From IMG/VR virus record IMGVR_UViG_2778261252_000010, positions 1-42,179 of that record: a DNA stretch of 42,179 nucleotides; one strand, written 5' to 3'. The notes below the pieces were generated by a model, which was given only the letters and a program-made list of their open reading frames with translations, was not told where the DNA came from and made no database searches. A program made the translations under genes and the position numbers. This document shows, one piece after another, positions 9,736 through 21,234 of this stretch. Each line of letters starts with the position of its first letter. Position 1 is the first letter of the stretch. This DNA is from a virus. Its lineage: Duplodnaviria > Heunggongvirae > Uroviricota > Caudoviricetes.

Positions 9736-11099
9736 TAATCACCCCATAGTGAAGAAAAGTTACTGCTGGCTGCTGGCTGTGATACCTGTGTAGGTTGAGA
9801 TTGCTGCCGCTGAGATTTACCAACATTAATGTTATATTGTTGGTTGTAATTGTCGGTATATTGCTGAATGTCGCGCATTGATTGTTGCAGTGCTTCAGGG
9901 CTTGAGAAATCAACCTGTGGCATACCTTGAAAATACATCTTTGCTTCTGCAACGGTGTTGATACCGGATGCCCCCATGTCTCTGGCTGCTGCAATGCCCT
10001 GATTCTGCATCTTTCCTTGGATTCGCTGTGCAGCGTTGTATAGTTTCCTCTGATCACCACCAGATGCACGGCTACGAATATCTGCACCAAGAGCAGGAGA
10101 ACCTGAAGAGCCTGTAATGCCAGTCATGAAGCCAAGATCGTCAATTGATGCACCAGAAATTGCATCAAGATCTTTCTTCATTGCGTAATTCTGCGCGCTT
10201 GCTGCCGATGTAGCCGGAGCGGCAATAGAGCCAGCAGGAACGCGAACCATATTCCCCTCGTTGTCGATACCTTCGTAGAACGCATTAGCCCCAGCGCCGT
10301 GAAGCTTCCCGCCTACCGTTACAGTTCTGCCATCTGCTAACTGAACTGTACGCTCATTATTCCCAACCGACCCTTTCATTGATGCTCTCTGCATCGATAA
10401 ATCCTGACCGCGCATCGTGATGTTCTGGCCTCGTGCTGTTAGCGCCTCGCCAGCCTGATTGCTGCGGATTGTCTCTGCCAACTTGCCACGCTCAATATCC
10501 CGCCCCTCCATTCGATCTTTTATATCGAAGTACTTCTCATGACCGAGAGAAAATAGTGCCAGATTACCTGCGAAGTGCTGGAAGCCCTGCGGGTCATTAA
10601 CCTGCATTTCAGCAATAGTTTCTGGAGGGATACCTAAACGACGCATCTCCTGCTCATTATCCATCATGAACCTGCCAAATGCGCCCGGACCAAGCGATGA
10701 GGCTACCTGTGCTTTAAGCGCCAGATTGCCAAAATCATCCCGCTGGGCGTCATCGACATACCCCATCCCTTTACGGACTTCCTCAAACTCTTCAGGGAAT
10801 GCTGTAATAAGATTACGCATCTGCTCCCTGTCGCCGGACGCATAAGCATCTGCATAACCTTTCTGGAATGCCGCTTTACGCTCCTGCTGTTGCTCCTGCT
10901 TATAAATATCAGCAACTCCAGCCAGACCACGTAACGCGGTCAGACCAACGTTATTTGCACCTGATCGAGACAGTTCATTGTTTTCGCGGATCAGACCAAG
11001 CGTTGCATTAATGTCGCTTGCCTTTGGCGCATTCTCGTTTTGCGCACCAATGCCAGCCAGAAAACCACCAGAATTAATACCCTGTTGCCACGTAGCCAT
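9735..11099 (-). CDS. Ejection protein, P22 gp20-like
   Basis: 454 aa; position and size in the gp7-gp20-gp16 block. Confidence 0.7.
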   Translation of the reverse strand: MATWQQGINSGGFLAGIGAQNENAPKASDINATLGLIRENNELSRSGANNVGLTALRGLAGVADIYKQEQQQERKAAFQKGYADAYASGDREQMRNLITAFPEEFEEVRKGMGYVDDAQRDDFGNLALKAQVASSLGPGAFGRFMMDNEQEMRRLGIPPETIAEMQVNDPQGFQHFAGNLALFSLGHEKYFDIKDRMEGRDIERGKLAETIRSNQAGEALTARGQNITMRGQDLSMQRASMKGSVGNNERTVQLADGRTVTVGGKLHGAGANAFYEGIDNEGNMVRVPAGSIAAPATSAASAQNYAMKKDLDAISGASIDDLGFMTGITGSSGSPALGADIRSRASGGDQRKLYNAAQRIQGKMQNQGIAAARDMGASGINTVAEAKMYFQGMPQVDFSSPEALQQSMRDIQQYTDNYNQQYNINVGKSQRQQSQPTQVSQPAASSNFSSLWGD

Positions 11100-11109
11100 T
11101 GATTACCCC

Positions 11110-11802
11110 TTAAAACAGTGAACCAAGCAGACCAAGACCAGCACCGATACCAGCACCCCACGGAGTTGATAGCTCGAGAGCACTGGCTATGCCACCCCCC
11201 AAAAGCGCACCGGATGCAGCACCACTAACCCCCTGCTGCAATGCTGACGGTCGGTTGGCGTTTGCCGCAGCCAGCGCCGCGCTTTGCTGTGAAATCTGAC
11301 TCATGTTGTTGGCATATGTTTGCCCGGCGTTTGCCTGCCCCTGAAGAGCGCCAAGACCGATATTTGCCAGGTTGTTGTAATTGTTCATTTGTCCAGATAG
11401 CCATTGCTGACCAAGCGTTGGTGCGATTGTTGCTAACTGATTACTGGTTGCGGTGGAACCCAATCCACCTGTTGCTTCCGCTGCCGCAAGACTCTGATAG
11501 CGAGCCTGACCTGAAAGGTCTTTATACTGCTGAGAGTTGTAATACTGGTTAAGTGCCTGACCTTGCCCCTCCAGAGACGATAAGTTCTCGAGGCTGCCGA
11601 CATACTTCTCAGCCAGAGGAGTAAACGGCTTCAGGTTATTCATGATGGTGTTGAACTGCTGATTTTGCAGGTCTGCGGCATACTTCTGAGCTTCTGCTGC
11701 ATACTTTGCGCTTTTATCAGAGCTGCCACCTTTCCCGCCTTTTTCAGGGCAATAAGGTTCCTCGCCGCGCAGTTTTCTGCCCAGCTTAAATGCATATAAC
11801 AT
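11110..11802 (-). CDS. Ejection protein, P22 gp7-like
   Basis: 230 aa (P22 gp7 is 229); position in the ejection-protein block. Confidence 0.7.
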   Translation of the reverse strand: MLYAFKLGRKLRGEEPYCPEKGGKGGSSDKSAKYAAEAQKYAADLQNQQFNTIMNNLKPFTPLAEKYVGSLENLSSLEGQGQALNQYYNSQQYKDLSGQARYQSLAAAEATGGLGSTATSNQLATIAPTLGQQWLSGQMNNYNNLANIGLGALQGQANAGQTYANNMSQISQQSAALAAANANRPSALQQGVSGAASGALLGGGIASALELSTPWGAGIGAGLGLLGSLF

Positions 11803-11804
11803 GG

Positions 11805-12260
11805 CTATCTCCCGTGATTCAGGAAGTCGATTAGTTCTTCGCGTGTGGCGCTGTAAAAAGTCACGTCATCCACGCCTTTGAAGTATTTCTTGATGGTTCC
11901 TACACGATTAAGGCCAATCATTGCGCAGTACATCTGACCGTGGCGGAATTTGCGTGCAGCGAACGATGTGACGCACTGAACGGTGGTGTTAGTCAGAATG
12001 TATCGCCAAAACGCCAGCCCGATTTCCTTGCTGAATCCCCGAATCTCTGGCAGGTACATGGCGTGGCAATCGAATGTCAGCGGCTGAATCTCCTGATAGT
12101 AAACAATGCCGCCGAACTGACCGTGCACGTTAACCTCAAAGTAACGGCATTCAGGCTTGTAGTCGTATCCATCACCGTTGTTGCTTCCGGCAATAATGTC
12201 AGGGTGATTTCCGACTGCTTCGATCAGGTCGATGTTTCGCGTTGGTTTGAATGTAATCAT
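11805..12260 (-). CDS. Virion protein in the P22 gp14 position
   Basis: 151-aa ORF tightly packed between the gp26 and gp7 homologs. Confidence 0.55.
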   Translation of the reverse strand: MITFKPTRNIDLIEAVGNHPDIIAGSNNGDGYDYKPECRYFEVNVHGQFGGIVYYQEIQPLTFDCHAMYLPEIRGFSKEIGLAFWRYILTNTTVQCVTSFAARKFRHGQMYCAMIGLNRVGTIKKYFKGVDDVTFYSATREELIDFLNHGR

Positions 12261-12961
12261 CAGTCAATCAGCCCATGTAATCTAAGTGCTGTTTCAAGCG
12301 CCAGAATACGCTGCCGCGCCTGCTCCAAACCTGTAGCGATAGCTGCGACTTCGGATTGTGTGTACGTATTGCCGACAGCGTATGACTGGTTAGCGTTGAA
12401 TGAGCCAAGAAGTGGCGTACCCGTGGCTGTAGTCCATCCGGTATTTCTTGCTCCAACAACCTGAATTCCATCAACTGAATATGATGTTTTTACATCCAGC
12501 GGTGACTCAAGAGACTGCAATTCGGTTACGGTTTTCGATACGTAATCACTCTTAATGTCAGATACATCGTTTTCTACGCCATCCAGTCTTTGGTCAACAG
12601 TGACCAGATGCGCCTGAATATCGATAACCTCATCCAGCAAGTAATCAACATCGCTACGCAGTACGACTATCTTCCCTTCGGCGGTTGTTAACCTGACCTC
12701 AAGGAGATTTATCGCTTTTGTGTTTGCGGTGATTCTTGCGTCGTGATCAGCCAGTTCGACATCCTGTTCATCGTTTTTCACCTGTGCATCGTAAGCGCCC
12801 TGACCAGCCTGATTTGCCTTCCCGGCAATTGCGCCGACATCAGCCCCCTGATTAATGACATACAACAGGTAAGACTGGCTGAAGATATTGCGTGGAAGGA
12901 TTGATGTATCGAGCCGCGTCGCCTGCACAATAACAGGAGTGTTGAGATTCGAATCCGCCAT
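12260..12961 (-). CDS. Tail needle protein, P22 gp26-like
   Basis: 233 aa; N-terminus [25 protein letters not shown] and C-terminus ALRLHGLID match P22 gp26 from memory. Confidence 0.85.
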   Translation of the reverse strand: MADSNLNTPVIVQATRLDTSILPRNIFSQSYLLYVINQGADVGAIAGKANQAGQGAYDAQVKNDEQDVELADHDARITANTKAINLLEVRLTTAEGKIVVLRSDVDYLLDEVIDIQAHLVTVDQRLDGVENDVSDIKSDYVSKTVTELQSLESPLDVKTSYSVDGIQVVGARNTGWTTATGTPLLGSFNANQSYAVGNTYTQSEVAAIATGLEQARQRILALETALRLHGLID

Positions 12962-14379
12962 TACTCAATCCTTATCTGGCAGCCTGACAGAGTGACAGGT
13001 GACTTCGTGATAACGCGCAATTTGAAGCCGACATTTTTCCTGATGCGCCCGACACGCTTCCACAAAACACGTTTGTCGTAAATGAACGGTTCATTCTGTT
13101 CAATCATCTGCTCACGCCCGTAATTGATGCCGTCAGTGGTTGCAGAGAGGAACAGGCGGTCGGCGTACTGAGCTACGCCAGTGGATGATTCCACCTCCAG
13201 ATCGAAGCATCTGGCGTTATCCGCTTTGAACAACGGAGTAAACAGCAGGTGTTCCTGTTGCTTGTCGTACTGGCTGCTGATATCGAACTGCAGTTTCCCG
13301 GTAACAGATTCCAGCTTATCGCCGCACGTTATCTGATTGCCTTCGTAAATGAAGTCGATAGCGCGGTACACATCATCATATAAGCCAGTTTTCAACACGC
13401 ACCATTGCGGACCATTGGCGCTTGAAGATGCGTCGTACACCAGAACGTGACGCGGAAGATGGATAATCAGCAATTCATGAGCATCAAACCGCAGCGATTC
13501 CATTACGCCATCAGCCAGTTCATCAGCAGTGTAGGTGCGAAGAATTTTCTCAATGCTCGCGCTGGCGATTGGTGACACCTGCCCGGAACCGATGATGTAC
13601 ACAGACGGCGCACCCGTTGCCGGATTGCTGATGAACGCATAAGAATCAGCGAATGGTGTTTTGCAGTAAGTCCCGGCAATGCCTTTCTGCACCATCAGCG
13701 ATGGCTGTGCGACATACAAAGCAGCACCAACTGTGGTTGCACCAGTCAGGGAGAAATATTCAATAGTCGATGTACCAAAGCAGACGATGAAGTCTCGCCA
13801 TGTTCCGATTCCGATGATGCCGTCAGGCTGTGATTCTGCACGATATTGTGCGCTGTATCGGTCAGGATGCGATTCGTCTTCAAGGTCAGTGATAAACCAT
13901 GAATCGGTGCCGTCTTTTGACCACGCATAACGGCCACGTAAGCGCGTAATGTCGCGAACTGGACCTAACTCATACTGTGTGAATCCGCTGTCTGTAGGCC
14001 AGTTTGAGACGGTTTTAACCGTGCCATCATAGCGATACTCGACCAGTTGACCATTAACGCCTACCGCCTGTGATGTCCGACCATGCGCCATTGATACGCG
14101 ACCACTTCCGGCAACATCACCGACTTCACTTTCTCCTTTGTACAGCTTGCCACCACACACGCGATAAACAGCATTCTGCGCCATGTTGTACTCGACGCCA
14201 CGCGATACGCCGTTCACATCAGAACGTTTGGCAATGCCCGGGAATGAGCGAAGATATCCGCTGCTGTTAAGGATTTCTTTTGGTGTAGCCAACATATTCA
14301 CTGGCAGATAGTCGATATAGTCGGCGTTTCGGAAGTCTTTGCCGACACCTTTCATAAGCGGAAGTTGCTGAATCGGCAT
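12961..14379 (-). CDS. Tail accessory / head-completion protein, P22 gp10-like
   Basis: 472 aa (same as P22 gp10); gene order. Confidence 0.75.
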   Translation of the reverse strand: MPIQQLPLMKGVGKDFRNADYIDYLPVNMLATPKEILNSSGYLRSFPGIAKRSDVNGVSRGVEYNMAQNAVYRVCGGKLYKGESEVGDVAGSGRVSMAHGRTSQAVGVNGQLVEYRYDGTVKTVSNWPTDSGFTQYELGPVRDITRLRGRYAWSKDGTDSWFITDLEDESHPDRYSAQYRAESQPDGIIGIGTWRDFIVCFGTSTIEYFSLTGATTVGAALYVAQPSLMVQKGIAGTYCKTPFADSYAFISNPATGAPSVYIIGSGQVSPIASASIEKILRTYTADELADGVMESLRFDAHELLIIHLPRHVLVYDASSSANGPQWCVLKTGLYDDVYRAIDFIYEGNQITCGDKLESVTGKLQFDISSQYDKQQEHLLFTPLFKADNARCFDLEVESSTGVAQYADRLFLSATTDGINYGREQMIEQNEPFIYDKRVLWKRVGRIRKNVGFKLRVITKSPVTLSGCQIRIE

Positions 14380-14438
14380 TTATTCACCTATGCGTTTGGG
14401 ATATCGCCATCAATCAGAGGGAGATCGCCTGGATAATA

Positions 14439-14870
14439 TCAGTCAGATGTAAACACGTCATATTTATTACCCTGTCCTACAGGAAAATCTCCACGTCGTC
14501 GCATTGAAGGAACAACCAGAGTGTCGGTCATCAAGGCATCATATGAGCGTTGGGCGTTACTGAGAACTTGCGGAGTTGGCTCAAGGCTGTAATCAGATAG
14601 CATTCTCAGCAATAACTGATAGCCTACTGCGTGTTTGTATTTTCTTGGAAGACCTGACTCATCATCTGGTAATGGCTGCTCATCTCCAGTTGCGAAAGCG
14701 TAACCAATGTCGCCGGGGTTAATCATCCACTCGGACATCATATCTTCCAGATCATTTACACCATCTTCAATTGATTGCGGCTCAACATCAGTCAGCGATG
14801 CATTAGAAGCAATAGCAAACTTACGAAGCGCAAAAAGGACGATCTCACCCTTTGTCAGTACTGTTGCCAT
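14439..14870 (-). CDS. Head-to-tail adaptor, P22 gp4-like
   Basis: N-terminal ...ALRKFAIASNASLTDVEPQS... resembles P22 gp4; gene order. Confidence 0.75.
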   Translation of the reverse strand: MATVLTKGEIVLFALRKFAIASNASLTDVEPQSIEDGVNDLEDMMSEWMINPGDIGYAFATGDEQPLPDDESGLPRKYKHAVGYQLLLRMLSDYSLEPTPQVLSNAQRSYDALMTDTLVVPSMRRRGDFPVGQGNKYDVFTSD

Positions 14871-15030
14871 TGTCTGCCGCCTTACGACCTCGCTTACTGG
14901 TCGGTTTCAATTCATCAACTGAGGCAACAAAGCCCAACTTTTCGAAAAACTGGAAGTCTTTTTCTGCGATAACGGCCTGTACATGTCCGGATTCGTTATC
15001 TGCGGCAAGGAATACACTCATGCGATCCAT
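14845..15030 (-). CDS. Small hypothetical protein between the coat and gp4 genes
   Basis: 61-aa ORF with AAGGA ribosome-binding site, placed just after the coat terminator; overlaps the gp4 start by 26 nt. Confidence 0.4.
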   Translation of the reverse strand: MDRMSVFLAADNESGHVQAVIAEKDFQFFEKLGFVASVDELKPTSKRGRKAADNGNSTDKG

Positions 15031-15040
15031 ATTGTTTCCT

Positions 15041-15066
15041 TAAAACATAAAAGGGGCGGAAGCCCC
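15041..15066 (-). terminator. Intrinsic terminator after the coat gene
   Basis: On the minus strand: GGGGC-ttcc-GCCCC hairpin followed by TTTTATGTTTT. Confidence 0.6.
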
Positions 15067-15072
15067 TTGTTA

Positions 15073-16344
15073 TTACGGATTACCGAAGAACTGACCGCCC
15101 ATGTGAGGGTTAAAGCACACATATGCAGGAAGTAAGTCGAAGCGCATTTTTTGCACGTTGGCATCGCCATCTGCGTATTTATGTACGCGGATGGAGAAAC
15201 CTTCATATGTTGCAACAGCAGAATCAATACTGTGCAGTTTCGGCAGTGGGATAGAGCCAAGTCCACAGAAGAACTTGTTATAGAACAGGTTTGGCTTCAT
15301 TGTCTGGCTAGCAGTGCCTACTACAGATACGGCATCGCCTGCCTCTACCTGACGACTTACAGAGTTGTACTGCGGGTTTGTAGTGTCATAAATCGGAACA
15401 CCAGAAAGCGTAACCGTCACATCGCCACCGCTGTCTGAATTAGCATCAGCAGTAACCGTTGCAGTGAAGCTAATTGGTGTGGCTCCGTTATACAACGCCT
15501 GTTTGGTCTGCTGTTGCAGCCAGTAGGTATTGGTGAATTTAACCTGATCACCAGCTTTCAGAAAACCTGTAACGCTGGCTGTCGCTCCGGTCAATGTTAC
15601 AGTGAACTGGTATGAGTCTTTAACTGCGTTATAGGTAACAGTTGGCTGTGTTTTGACTGTCAGTGTTCCTCCAAATGCCCCCTGCGTACGAGAGGCAAGC
15701 CCATTAGACATCAGTGCGCGAATGCCGCCAAAATTGGTTGGAATCTGCGCATTCTCCCATGCAGTACGAACCAATTGATCTGAAGCGTGCAAACCAGTCT
15801 GCGCATCAGCAAGTCGCTGTGCAGACCATGGATCCATTACAGCATAGTTTTCACCTTCATTAACGCCGAGGTCTTTCAGGAAAGATGCCGTCTGCGCAAC
15901 ATCAGACCATTTGGTGATTGGAGTATTGGGGCTACCAAGTGACAACGCACCGTTATTCATCATGAAGTGAGCAAGCTCTGTTTCAAGGTCGGTAACGATT
16001 CGCTGGCGAACCGGCGCGAGAATTTCTTCCAGTTGGTTAAGCTTGATCGCTTCCTCCAGTTGCTGATATTCAACAGCAACAGTGATGTAGTTACCTACAC
16101 GCCCCGTAGCTTTACCTGAGATCAGGTTGTTTTTATTTTGCCCTGAAATATCACCAGTGGGAGTACGGAGGGATGAGAATTGATGCGGACGTTTAAAGCT
16201 AACGCTATCGCCAGTGCTGGAGTTGATTTCACCTGCCAGCAACTGACGGTCTACGGTTTTCGCCAGAACTAAATCTGACATAAAACCCGGAAGGAATTTT
16301 TTCAGAACGATTTGACTGACGTTACTGTCGAGATTGTTAGGCAT
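15073..16344 (-). CDS. Major capsid (coat) protein, P22 gp5 / Sf6 gp5 type
   Basis: 423 aa; follows the scaffold gene; followed by a strong terminator. Confidence 0.8.
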   Translation of the reverse strand: MPNNLDSNVSQIVLKKFLPGFMSDLVLAKTVDRQLLAGEINSSTGDSVSFKRPHQFSSLRTPTGDISGQNKNNLISGKATGRVGNYITVAVEYQQLEEAIKLNQLEEILAPVRQRIVTDLETELAHFMMNNGALSLGSPNTPITKWSDVAQTASFLKDLGVNEGENYAVMDPWSAQRLADAQTGLHASDQLVRTAWENAQIPTNFGGIRALMSNGLASRTQGAFGGTLTVKTQPTVTYNAVKDSYQFTVTLTGATASVTGFLKAGDQVKFTNTYWLQQQTKQALYNGATPISFTATVTADANSDSGGDVTVTLSGVPIYDTTNPQYNSVSRQVEAGDAVSVVGTASQTMKPNLFYNKFFCGLGSIPLPKLHSIDSAVATYEGFSIRVHKYADGDANVQKMRFDLLPAYVCFNPHMGGQFFGNP

Positions 16345-16355
16345 TTATCTTTTCC

Positions 16356-17240
16356 TTATTCGATTTTTGCGCCGGGGCATAATTTGTTGAATTCGTCTTG
16401 TTTCGCATCAGCACCGCCACCACGTACTTCCGGCTCTGGCTTGATGGCTTTCTTTGGTTTTGGAGCAAGGCTTACCTGTTTGCTAATCTGCCCCAAGAGG
16501 AATGCTGCGCGAATTGGATCTGTCTCAGCGGCTACACGCTGGCGTAATTGCTGGCTCTTACCTAAGCCATAGGCGAGTAGTTCAGAGCCTTCGTCTGCAC
16601 AGTGAATGATGATTTCCTGCTGAATTGGTGGTAGCTCACTAAGAACAATGGCCTCCATTTCCTGATAATCTTTCACAGGAAGTTTGGCTGCCCGTTGTTT
16701 ATGCGCTTCTACCCTTTGCTGGAAACGCTGCTGGTATTCCTGTTGCTGACGTAGTTTTTGTTGCTGCTGCTGTTCGACACGGCCTTTTTTCTCATGCCAA
16801 TCAGTCAATGCCTGTTCAAACGCCTGTTCGTCATAATCACACGACTCAAGAGTCGGTTTTGGTGGAATAGCGTCTGGTTGTGGTTGCTGATGTTCCGCAG
16901 GCTTGGCTAATGCTTCCTCAAGCTGGCGGCGCAACTCACGGTTTTCTTTCTGTGTTTCTTTGAAGCCTTTGCGAAGATCTTTCACCCATTGCGGTGCAGG
17001 TTGCCCGTCAATGTGATCATCATCGTCAGCGTTAAGCTGAATTTCTTCATCACCAATACGCAAGGCGTAATCTTCTGGTGTCTCTTCGGTTTTTTCAGGA
17101 TCAGTTGCCACCTCTTTACCGTTGTCATCCTGGCTTTCATTCTCAGGCTGTGACTCTGTTTGGATGATGGTTTCTTCTGCATTTTCCTGTGTTTCAGACA
17201 GGTCAATAACCTGACCGTCGATGATCAGTTCGTTTTCCAT
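16356..17240 (-). CDS. Scaffolding protein (P22 gp8-like)
   Basis: 294 aa, highly acidic and Gln/Glu-rich, low complexity; located between portal and coat. Confidence 0.75.
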   Translation of the reverse strand: MENELIIDGQVIDLSETQENAEETIIQTESQPENESQDDNGKEVATDPEKTEETPEDYALRIGDEEIQLNADDDDHIDGQPAPQWVKDLRKGFKETQKENRELRRQLEEALAKPAEHQQPQPDAIPPKPTLESCDYDEQAFEQALTDWHEKKGRVEQQQQQKLRQQQEYQQRFQQRVEAHKQRAAKLPVKDYQEMEAIVLSELPPIQQEIIIHCADEGSELLAYGLGKSQQLRQRVAAETDPIRAAFLLGQISKQVSLAPKPKKAIKPEPEVRGGGADAKQDEFNKLCPGAKIE

Positions 17241-17253
17241 TGATTACTCCTGG

Positions 17254-19389
17254 TTAACTCGGCATTAAGTCTGCCGGAGACTGTGGTGGTGACTGGAATT
17301 GCTGTTGTTGTGACTCGGCGACATCTTTCAGAAGGCGTATTGCCTCCATCACTGCTTTGTCATCGATGTTTCTGGCTTGAGCCAGTTTATAGACAGTGTT
17401 TGCCTGACTCTCCATCGCATCCTGCTGGGCAGTAAATGCTTTGATTTGAGTTTGAGCAGTTTCGTTAGTTGCTTTTTGCGCTTCTGCCTGCGCTGCTACC
17501 ATTTGCGCCTGAGCGAGAACCATTTCAGGATTTGGCTGGCTTTGTGCTGCCATTTGCGCCTGTTGAACAATCTGCTGCTCTTTCTCATTGCGTGGTTTTG
17601 CAATGCCAGATATCAGCAGTTGGTTTCGGTTGTACTCTTTGAAGTCATCAAGGCCTTCGCCATCGATATTGTCCAGAATAATACCCTGAATTGCCGGACG
17701 CATTGGGTCTGTTGGAAGCATAGAGCTAAGGACATTTGTCAGTACAGAAACCGTTGCATCACGTCGTGCTGTGTAGCTTGGTCCAACATCAACCGTCACA
17801 TCGTATCGACCGACAGAAAGGTCATTTAACGCAACAACAGCCCCTGTTTGCCTGTCAACAACCTGTGCGCTCAGGACAGCGATATCATCACTTCCATCTT
17901 CGTTAACGATGCGCACTTCACGTTCTGAACCGTACACTTCACGCGCCATTGACAGCCATACTTCACCAGCGCGTTTAAGACTTTTCGCCATATTGTCCAG
18001 ATAGATAAACGAAGCCATATCTGCTCTGTTCATCAAGTTGTTAACCGTTTCCTGAGCAATATTACTTGGCATCTGCTGCATGGCCTGACTGCCGCCTGTA
18101 ACCTCCTGAATATCAGCACTGGTTTGCTGTAGTAATGCAGCCAATGCCTGATTCATAACCGCAGGCTGTGTATATCCTGCCGGGGTAGCTCCAGCGATAA
18201 TGTTGCCAGATTTATCTCTCACTTCGCGCAACGGCAAGAACGCTGGGCGTTTCTTGTTGCGAGCCTCCCAGTGCTTCTCAAGTCCACGAATTTGCTCCAT
18301 GCCAACTATAGGGATCTGACCGGGGTCTTGCGCTGCAGTATCAGCCAGCATTGAAACCTGAAGGTTGTACAAACGCTGTGGATCCATTGCTTTTGCAATG
18401 TGCCCTTCGACACGCTCAATGTCATCAATGAACCAGCGTTTTCCATAAACCGGGATGAGGGGGATATGCTCACCAGGAATACGTCGAGGTTTCTCAAGGA
18501 AACCATCACCATCCACTACGGATACATACACACGACGGCGCTTCACTGAGCGCCTTGCCACTTCCTGAAATCCAGCTATTGCCAGTTCATCTTCAATATC
18601 TTCAACCTGATCACTGTCGTATGTTGCAATCTCTCCAGTGATTGGATGTCGATAACTGATGACGTCAACAGACTCTTTACGAACTTCGTAATACTTCGCT
18701 ATGTAAATAACATCTGCACCAAACCAGTTATATTCCCAACTGGTCATAGACGTTACATCCAGAGAAGCAGGAGGTTTCTTTCCGTATTCAGCCTCATATT
18801 TTTCAGGTGACAACGAATACATACAGAACGCCCACAACGCGTCAGATTTGTCGTACTTCTTAGCGTCAGGGTCAAACCACACAGAGCGCGACGGGTCGTA
18901 TATTGGTTCAATAGCAATACGCTGACGATCGTCCATGGGGTCGTATTCATTGACCAGCATCGACGTCAAACGGAAGCAACCGAAACCACCAGTAGCAGCG
19001 TCGTCAAATGCATTATCGCAAGCCTCACCGCCATCAGTTTCTTCGTAGTCAGCACGGAACAGACCATTTAATTTATTGGCTAACTCTTCGCTTGCCTCTC
19101 TGTCACCAGGACGAAACTTAACGGTGATTCTGTTATTGCGGTATTCTGCAATGATGCGGTTAAGTTCAGTTGCTACCTTATTGATTTCAAACTTAGGATA
19201 CTTCTCGAACTGCTCATCAAGCTTAGTTCCAGCCGCCGTTGCTCCTTCCCATTGACCTCCGGGGACACGAGCAAACCTCGTAGCTTCAATGCACTTTTCG
19301 CGCACTTCCTTCTGTGGAGAATAGGCGCGGTCAAACCTGAGCATGATCCGCTCATGTTTTTTCTCTAATGTCTCTGCCATGTTTACCAA
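17254..19389 (-). CDS. Portal protein (P22 gp1-like)
   Basis: 711 aa; motifs such as GEHIPLIPVYG resemble the P22 portal; Gln-rich C-terminal barrel-like tail; follows the large terminase. Confidence 0.85.
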   Translation of the reverse strand: MVNMAETLEKKHERIMLRFDRAYSPQKEVREKCIEATRFARVPGGQWEGATAAGTKLDEQFEKYPKFEINKVATELNRIIAEYRNNRITVKFRPGDREASEELANKLNGLFRADYEETDGGEACDNAFDDAATGGFGCFRLTSMLVNEYDPMDDRQRIAIEPIYDPSRSVWFDPDAKKYDKSDALWAFCMYSLSPEKYEAEYGKKPPASLDVTSMTSWEYNWFGADVIYIAKYYEVRKESVDVISYRHPITGEIATYDSDQVEDIEDELAIAGFQEVARRSVKRRRVYVSVVDGDGFLEKPRRIPGEHIPLIPVYGKRWFIDDIERVEGHIAKAMDPQRLYNLQVSMLADTAAQDPGQIPIVGMEQIRGLEKHWEARNKKRPAFLPLREVRDKSGNIIAGATPAGYTQPAVMNQALAALLQQTSADIQEVTGGSQAMQQMPSNIAQETVNNLMNRADMASFIYLDNMAKSLKRAGEVWLSMAREVYGSEREVRIVNEDGSDDIAVLSAQVVDRQTGAVVALNDLSVGRYDVTVDVGPSYTARRDATVSVLTNVLSSMLPTDPMRPAIQGIILDNIDGEGLDDFKEYNRNQLLISGIAKPRNEKEQQIVQQAQMAAQSQPNPEMVLAQAQMVAAQAEAQKATNETAQTQIKAFTAQQDAMESQANTVYKLAQARNIDDKAVMEAIRLLKDVAESQQQQFQSPPQSPADLMPS

Positions 19390-20795
19390 CCGGAGGATGA
19401 GGGAACGTATATTTCAGTTTCTTCGCGGACCAATGCCGGGCAATGCATACACATCATCAGCGCATCAGCCAGGTTAGGAGATGGAATACCGAGCTTCTGC
19501 TTCATTTCGACCTTAGTCATAAGCTCCAGCTTCCCGTTGTTATTGAATTTGCGCTGAATCTGCGTCAGTTCTGCAAACAGCTTCTCCAGCATCTTCTCGC
19601 CTATCGCTTCTTTGTCGAAGCTCAGCATGTCGTCGGGGTCTGCATACTCACCGTGGACAACCGCCCGATATGTCAGATACAACCTGTCAGCCAGCGCGTA
19701 ATAGAATTGCGCTCGCTTATTGCGGAACACATCGCCAATAGTGCGAACGTTGTCGCCCTGCACGACTTCATCAGCCCATGCTCCAGCCTGATATGGTGCA
19801 TCTTCATCAAATGGCGATTCGCTGCCCTTGAACATCGTGGCGGTGATTTTCTTACCGGAGAACGCTTCCGTTGTCTGTCTGCGTAGCCCTGCACCGACAC
19901 CATCACCATCCCACAAGTAGTGGTCAGCACCGTCTTCAATCGCCAGCGAAGTAGCCCAGTCAGCCCCCTCGTTGATGTCCATCAGCAGACCTTCGGCAAT
20001 GCGCTTAACTACCGAACCGTGACGCGATGCATAACCTTTAGCATCCGGCCCTGTATCTGACGGGTCATGTGCAGAAACAACAGCGCCTTTCGCTTTCCAT
20101 CCTAGTTTCTTGTGCGCATCGGTTGCGGCTTCAAGCCATTCACGTTTGATGATTGCCATATCACTTGCGCTCACTGGCTCACCAAGCCAGATGTGACGAT
20201 ACAGTGTCGGATTTCTGCGTTTACACTCTTCCATCTCCAGACGGAGAACTTCAGGAAAGTGCGGGTTGTCGGTGTAGTTCACCGTCAGCAGGCAAATATC
20301 ATCTGGAGGATTTACGACGAATCGCTGATAGGTATCGTCGAGGATGTTTTTCGGGTTAAAGCTCACCCATATTTCAGAGAACGGCTTACGGATGGTTGGT
20401 ATCAGGATATCCCATGATTCCTTCGTTACCGCCTCCGCTTCTTCCACCCAGCAGATATCAATACCTTCGAGCGATTTAATCTTCGTCGGGTTGTTTTTGA
20501 TGCCGTAGAACATGAATTCAGCATTCGTTCCGAGATGACGAATCATGGAACGCTGAATTTCAAACTCAGCCGAATACCCTTCACGCTCGATGGTGTCTTC
20601 AAGCAACCGGATTACAGAATCGCTGATACTGTTTTGCAGTTCACGAGCGCAGAGAATACGCACAGGCTGCCGACGCGCCGCTTCAACAAGCAGCCTCGCA
20701 ATTGCCCATGATTTACCGCTACCTCGACCGCCTTTGGCGACTTTGTAGCGATGCGCCTCAATGAACGGTTCAAAGATAGGATTAATCGAGGTCAT
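19383..20795 (-). CDS. Terminase large subunit (Sf6 gp2-like)
   Basis: 470 aa; Walker A GGRGSGKS near the N-terminus; C-terminal nuclease region; overlaps the small-terminase stop. Confidence 0.85.
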   Translation of the reverse strand: MTSINPIFEPFIEAHRYKVAKGGRGSGKSWAIARLLVEAARRQPVRILCARELQNSISDSVIRLLEDTIEREGYSAEFEIQRSMIRHLGTNAEFMFYGIKNNPTKIKSLEGIDICWVEEAEAVTKESWDILIPTIRKPFSEIWVSFNPKNILDDTYQRFVVNPPDDICLLTVNYTDNPHFPEVLRLEMEECKRRNPTLYRHIWLGEPVSASDMAIIKREWLEAATDAHKKLGWKAKGAVVSAHDPSDTGPDAKGYASRHGSVVKRIAEGLLMDINEGADWATSLAIEDGADHYLWDGDGVGAGLRRQTTEAFSGKKITATMFKGSESPFDEDAPYQAGAWADEVVQGDNVRTIGDVFRNKRAQFYYALADRLYLTYRAVVHGEYADPDDMLSFDKEAIGEKMLEKLFAELTQIQRKFNNNGKLELMTKVEMKQKLGIPSPNLADALMMCMHCPALVREETEIYVPSSSGW

Positions 20796-21232
20796 TTTCC
20801 GAACAGAGTGCTCATCGGTGATGTTTCAATCTGAATTGCGCCGCCGTCTTTGCCTGTTAGCTCGTGATCAACCTTGTCGCGCCATTTATCCTTCTGTCGG
20901 TTCTTAAGCCAGAAGATGGCGGCTGTTGTATCAGGCGGGTAATACTTCTCAAGCGGAGTTTCGACAATTCTGTTTTCAATAACACGAATATCGATGTCTG
21001 GAGCCACGAAGCCCATAGCGCGTTGATAAAGACGATCACTAACTTCTGCATCAGCGACGGCCTTACCCTTTTTTATGGACTCCGAAAACTTAGGATAATC
21101 AAGCTTCCACTTGTTAATAGTTGACTCACTGACTTCAAAGAAATCAGCAAGTTCTGCGTCTGTATAGCCCAGCAAGCACAGTTTGCGTGCCTGTTCGGCG
21201 TACGCCTCTTGATACTTTGTTGGGCGCGCCAT
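20792..21232 (-). CDS. Terminase small subunit (Sf6 gp1-like)
   Basis: 146 aa; C-terminal ELTGKDGGAIQIETSPMSTLFGK matches the Sf6 small terminase from memory. Confidence 0.8.
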   Translation of the reverse strand: MARPTKYQEAYAEQARKLCLLGYTDAELADFFEVSESTINKWKLDYPKFSESIKKGKAVADAEVSDRLYQRAMGFVAPDIDIRVIENRIVETPLEKYYPPDTTAAIFWLKNRQKDKWRDKVDHELTGKDGGAIQIETSPMSTLFGK

Positions 21233-21234
21233 GT

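Noticed and set aside
8735-20417. Plus-strand ORFs inside the minus-strand structural genes (for example 8735..8938, 9334..9546, 11241..11552, 11940..12464, 13679..13930, 17377..17829, 19443..19886, 20112..20417)
   Set aside because: Each is antisense to a long, tightly packed late-operon gene with a clear P22-family identity; no start signals; GC-rich antisense frames commonly stay open.
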